From the IMG/VR virus record IMGVR_UViG_3300030019_000008: a DNA stretch of 64,000 nt; one strand, written 5' to 3'. The notes below the pieces were generated by a model. It was not told where the DNA came from. It was given only the letters and a program-made list of their open reading frames with translations, and did not search any database. A program made the position numbers and the translations under genes. The stretch is from a virus. This document shows, in pieces, positions 60,628 through 64,000 of the stretch (positions are counted from its first letter, which is position 1; every line of letters begins with the position of its first letter).

Positions 60628-60644
60628 TGCTACCCTTTCTAAAA

Positions 60645-61802
60645 CTATAGGAATGCCTTTGCTGCCATCACTACTGCACCAATTGCACCAATGATAAATG
60701 GCAACTGCTTATACGCTTCGTTCTCTTCCTTTCTCACTTCGCCCTTCTCACGTCTATCATCGCCCCGCTCTTTACGATCCTCGGAACGATCCTTTCTCTC
60801 AGCGCTCTTGGCATCGAGCTTATCTTTGAGCTTTTGAAGTCTGCGGTCAGCTTCGGCTCTTTCCTTCTCCCACTCCAGCTTATCCAGTTCCCAGGCCCGC
60901 TTAGCTTCAAGAATCTCTCTTTCATGTTGCTTTACGGATATCTGATACTTGGATGGATCTTCGCCATACGTACGGGCCTCATTCTCAGTCGAAAACACAC
61001 CTTTCTCAGCTAAGTTGTCTGGTGGACAATAGCCTACAGGCTCTTTACCAACTCCCTCATCCTCAACACTGGCATAGATGTAGAGTCCTGGTCTTCGACT
61101 TGGATCACACTTAGGCTTCAGGCGAACCACACATCCATCAAGAAAGTAGAACTTTTCATCAAGAGATGGTTTATCAACGTACAGACTATAAATCAGTCCT
61201 GTAAAATTTTCACAAGCACTAGATGATAGATAGTTCCTCATCTGACGACTTGTACCATCGTTGACGAATGGGTGCGCTACGATCTCATGAGGCTTATCCG
61301 TCTTGATCAGATAAACGTCATGCGCTTCCAGATAGGCGGTCTTTTTACCTGCTGGAAAGATCGAGTTTACTTTATACCGGGTTCGCAACCTGAAGAAGTC
61401 CATGTGCAGAGATTGGATTTGCTTGAGTTTACTGGCGTCGTCTCCAGCCTCAGAATACCCATTGTACTTCTTTCTGATCTCCTGCAACATAGGAGTCTTA
61501 AACTCCAGGTTGTCACTTGTGACACCTAGGTCATTTGTCGTGCCTAGGAATGAATTGTTTCCACGGAGATCTTCAATGATCTCGATGTCGCCGGTGATCT
61601 CACCCAGGCAAAGTGGTTCCACTTTCATAACAGGACCTTGCCGAAAGGCAATATAAATCGGATGACCGCTCCGGTTTATGATGCCCACAGACATGGACGC
61701 AGCAGCAGCAGGACCTTTATCCCATGCAGCACATGAAAAAGATTCGGTAACGCCAAGATGCGACGAGATAATTTCGTCGTGAGAGAGTTCATGATAGATC
61801 AT
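60645..61802 (-). CDS. Conserved hypothetical protein (phiKZ gp122-like), coiled coil plus C-terminal hydrophobic anchor
   Basis: 385 aa with a charged helix followed by LPFIIGAIGAVVMAAKAFL. Start uncertain. Confidence 0.65.
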   Translation of the reverse strand: MIYHELSHDEIISSHLGVTESFSCAAWDKGPAAAASMSVGIINRSGHPIYIAFRQGPVMKVEPLCLGEITGDIEIIEDLRGNNSFLGTTNDLGVTSDNLEFKTPMLQEIRKKYNGYSEAGDDASKLKQIQSLHMDFFRLRTRYKVNSIFPAGKKTAYLEAHDVYLIKTDKPHEIVAHPFVNDGTSRQMRNYLSSSACENFTGLIYSLYVDKPSLDEKFYFLDGCVVRLKPKCDPSRRPGLYIYASVEDEGVGKEPVGYCPPDNLAEKGVFSTENEARTYGEDPSKYQISVKQHEREILEAKRAWELDKLEWEKERAEADRRLQKLKDKLDAKSAERKDRSEDRKERGDDRREKGEVRKEENEAYKQLPFIIGAIGAVVMAAKAFL

Positions 61803-61952
61803 GTTCTTTGATGCTTTCTAATTCGGGTTTATAGACTAACTGAAAATATCCTCCTCTTCTCGAGTAAGGCTGAGTAAATACACGAAAGCTCCAATCTAAA
61901 ATTTAAGGATGAAAATACAATATTTAATTCCGTTTGCTACAACAACTCTAAT

Positions 61953-61971
61953 AAGTAATGAGTGTCTGAAA
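61953..61971 (-). promoter_or_regulatory. Putative early (vRNAP) promoter TTTCAGACACTCATTACTT
   Basis: 18/19 identical to 20261-20279, upstream of the nvRNAP-subunit operon. Confidence 0.65.
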
Positions 61972-62005
61972 CTCTTTTGAATACAGATTTTGAGTTTCAA
62001 CAACA

Positions 62006-62075
62006 CGGCATAAACCCCTACTACTTCCCATTGCAGGAAGTAGTAGGGGTATGCCATCACAAGCCCGAAGGCCTG
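62006..62075 (-). terminator. Double hairpin after the capsid gene
   Basis: Minus strand has a cUUCGg hairpin (62060-62075), then a 15-bp stem (62014-62050), then TTATGCCG. Confidence 0.75.
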
Positions 62076-62077
62076 GA

Positions 62078-64000
62078 TTACGGCGTCACAACCTTGTTCT
62101 CGACACTGAGAGCAGTACGCGCACCGACGACCTCACGGATACCCGTGACATCGATGACAGCACCGATCGGGCTGTGGCTCACGTGCAGGTACGACGGCTG
62201 AACCGTCAGTTCCTTGGAGACACTGCCGTTGCGGGTCTGCGGCATGACCATCGTCAGCTCGGGCTTCCAAGCCATGTTGCCGTGGCCCAGAGGATGCGGA
62301 ACGCCTTCGCCAGCGCCTTCGACCGTGAAGCCGATGGTGATCTTGTCACGCATGTTCTTGTTCAGGGTGTGAACAACCTTGCACCCGAAACCATTGCCCA
62401 GCGTACGGGTATCTCCATTCATCATGAGGTAGCCGTAGACGTACGGGTCACAGCCGATGATGACCTGCGGCATCGACGGAGCACCGCCGCTGATCGCTTC
62501 GTTCGCAGCCTGGAAGCCGGACTGGACATATGCACGGTAGACGACGTCACGAATGACGTTGAGCAGCAGCGCAGACACATCCGACATGCGGTCAGCCGAA
62601 GTGAGCGAAGCGAGTTGCTTCGTCATGTCGATCGCCTCATGTGCGAAGAACGGGGTCAGCAGGTAGTTGCCGATACCGAATTCCGGACGGTACGAGATGT
62701 TCTGTTTGTCCGGACGCTTCGTGTACGCTTCCAGAACCTGGAAGTGGTACAGCAGCTCGTCGATCGCATCGTTCGAGGTCTGGATGTTGGTCGCAGTGAT
62801 CAGGCCAGCCAGGTCGGACGAGTCGTTCGCATCGCCGGTATTGACAGGACGCGGGATGGTGAACGGCGAACGCAGCGGCACCGCATAGAGGTGCGTGAAG
62901 TAGTTCGTGTTCAACAGCTTGCCGCGCTGACGACGGTTCGAGTTCGTACGGAAGCCGTAGAGTTCGAAGCCCAGACCAGTAGCACGATCGAAGATCGCCG
63001 AGATCGCCTTGAAGACCGCACCGTCAACCGGCAGAGCCACGCCATCCTTGTCGCACACGGTCGTAACCGAGACCGGCGAGCACATGAAGTTCGTGTCACC
63101 GAACTGCTGGTTGATCGAACCATGCACTTCGAAGCTCAGGCTGATGGTGTAGTCGACATAGGTCGCGAGCAGCTTGGAGGCCGTTCCGTCCACGAGCTTG
63201 GTGTCGGCAGTAACCGGCAGGTAGTCCGTGCGGAAGTTGATCTGCAGCGCACGGTAGTTACCCTGCGGAGCAGCGTTCGCGGTAGCGGTCTGAAGACGAC
63301 CGGTCAGGAACGAAACGACTTCCGGATTCGCACCGGTGGCATCGACGAGCTTCAGGTAGACCTTTTCCAGACGGACAGCGGAATCGATGGCGTCGGAAGT
63401 ATCCATCAGGCCGGTCTGCAGCAGACTGTCAGTCTGCGACAGCGCCACCAGTTCGAGCTTCTTGTTGAAGGCGAGCGGAGCGGTCATGACGGCTTCGCCG
63501 CACAGATCGACTTCTTCGGGAGCCACCAGGGTCGCGTCGACGAACTTGTCCTTGGACTCGTCACGATAGACGGGCACCAGCTTGGTCTGGTCGTTGCGCA
63601 GGATTTCGGGGTCGATGACGGCCTCGATGATGTTGCGCAGACGCACGTTGTTCAGCGCGCCAGAGATCTGGCGCTTGAATTCGTTGTAGACTTCGATCAG
63701 GCGAATCGAGATCGTGAATCCGACCTGGTCATTCGTGACGACGATAGTCGGGTAGTAGGCTTCGGCGAAGACGGACTGGCGCGGAGCGAGCAGGTTGTAG
63801 GCCACCGAGTACTGCGTGACGGTCTTGTTGTCGCGTTCGTCGTAGGCTTCGAGCGCCGGCTTCTTGTCGTCGGTATATGTGGCACGTTCGAACATGTGGT
63901 CGCCTTCGGCGCCAACAGGAGCGTCGAACACGCGGAAGTTCTCGGTCGAAGGAATGCCGGTACGAACATTGCGCTTCAGGAACTGCATCGGGTTGGTCGA
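62078..64000 (-). CDS. Major capsid protein (phiKZ gp120-like), 5'-truncated by the window
   Basis: Frame open to 64000. PALE/AYDER maturation-type site, FAEAYYPTIVV and RTNSNRRQRG. Strong codon bias. Confidence 0.88.
   Translation of the reverse strand, partial: STNPMQFLKRNVRTGIPSTENFRVFDAPVGAEGDHMFERATYTDDKKPALEAYDERDNKTVTQYSVAYNLLAPRQSVFAEAYYPTIVVTNDQVGFTISIRLIEVYNEFKRQISGALNNVRLRNIIEAVIDPEILRNDQTKLVPVYRDESKDKFVDATLVAPEEVDLCGEAVMTAPLAFNKKLELVALSQTDSLLQTGLMDTSDAIDSAVRLEKVYLKLVDATGANPEVVSFLTGRLQTATANAAPQGNYRALQINFRTDYLPVTADTKLVDGTASKLLATYVDYTISLSFEVHGSINQQFGDTNFMCSPVSVTTVCDKDGVALPVDGAVFKAISAIFDRATGLGFELYGFRTNSNRRQRGKLLNTNYFTHLYAVPLRSPFTIPRPVNTGDANDSSDLAGLITATNIQTSNDAIDELLYHFQVLEAYTKRPDKQNISYRPEFGIGNYLLTPFFAHEAIDMTKQLASLTSADRMSDVSALLLNVIRDVVYRAYVQSGFQAANEAISGGAPSMPQVIIGCDPYVYGYLMMNGDTRTLGNGFGCKVVHTLNKNMRDKITIGFTVEGAGEGVPHPLGHGNMAWKPELTMVMPQTRNGSVSKELTVQPSYLHVSHSPIGAVIDVTGIREVVGARTALSVENKVVTP

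Noticed and set aside
61803-61883. TAG stop-codon reassignment
   Set aside because: TAG ends genes at 20836, 29569, 41185 and 60645, and the core genes are intact under the standard code
367-62050. Palindromes as REP/MITE mobile elements or CRISPR repeats
   Set aside because: Stem sequences differ from each other. No target-site duplications, transposase or regular spacing.
61962-62201. 79-aa + strand ORF
   Set aside because: Spans the promoter, the terminator and the capsid 3' end, and has no SD

Overview
This window is 64 kb of a phiKZ-like (Chimalliviridae, nucleus-forming type) jumbo phage genome, read with the standard genetic code. It holds a virion and transcription core: four pieces of the split virion RNA polymerase (vRNAP), one non-virion RNAP (nvRNAP) subunit, a tape measure/lytic transglycosylase, baseplate and spike proteins, the portal and a 5'-truncated major capsid protein. 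It also carries UvsX, RNase H, SbcC and RuvC, a five-gene tail fibre/adhesin block and a lysis module. No tRNA, rRNA, CRISPR array, intron, intein or mobile element was seen. The main observations are: (1) Thirteen long intergenic palindromes, most flanked by GCATA/TATGC. Five adjacent genes end in GCA-TAA. (2) Two operons about 40 kb apart share both a 19-bp early-type promoter and a 17-bp post-hairpin U-tract, suggesting polymerase-specific promoter/terminator pairs. (3) Two NADAR-like paralogues and a SLOG-DUF488 fusion form a candidate anti-ADP-ribosylation module. (4) A ~140-aa receptor-binding module is shared by two small adhesins and a fibre tip. (5) A holin-like domain is fused to the endolysin, behind a structured leader. 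(6) One Shine-Dalgarno sequence reaches its start codon only across a hairpin. All phiKZ/SPN3US gene correspondences come from motif recognition and gene order, not database searches.
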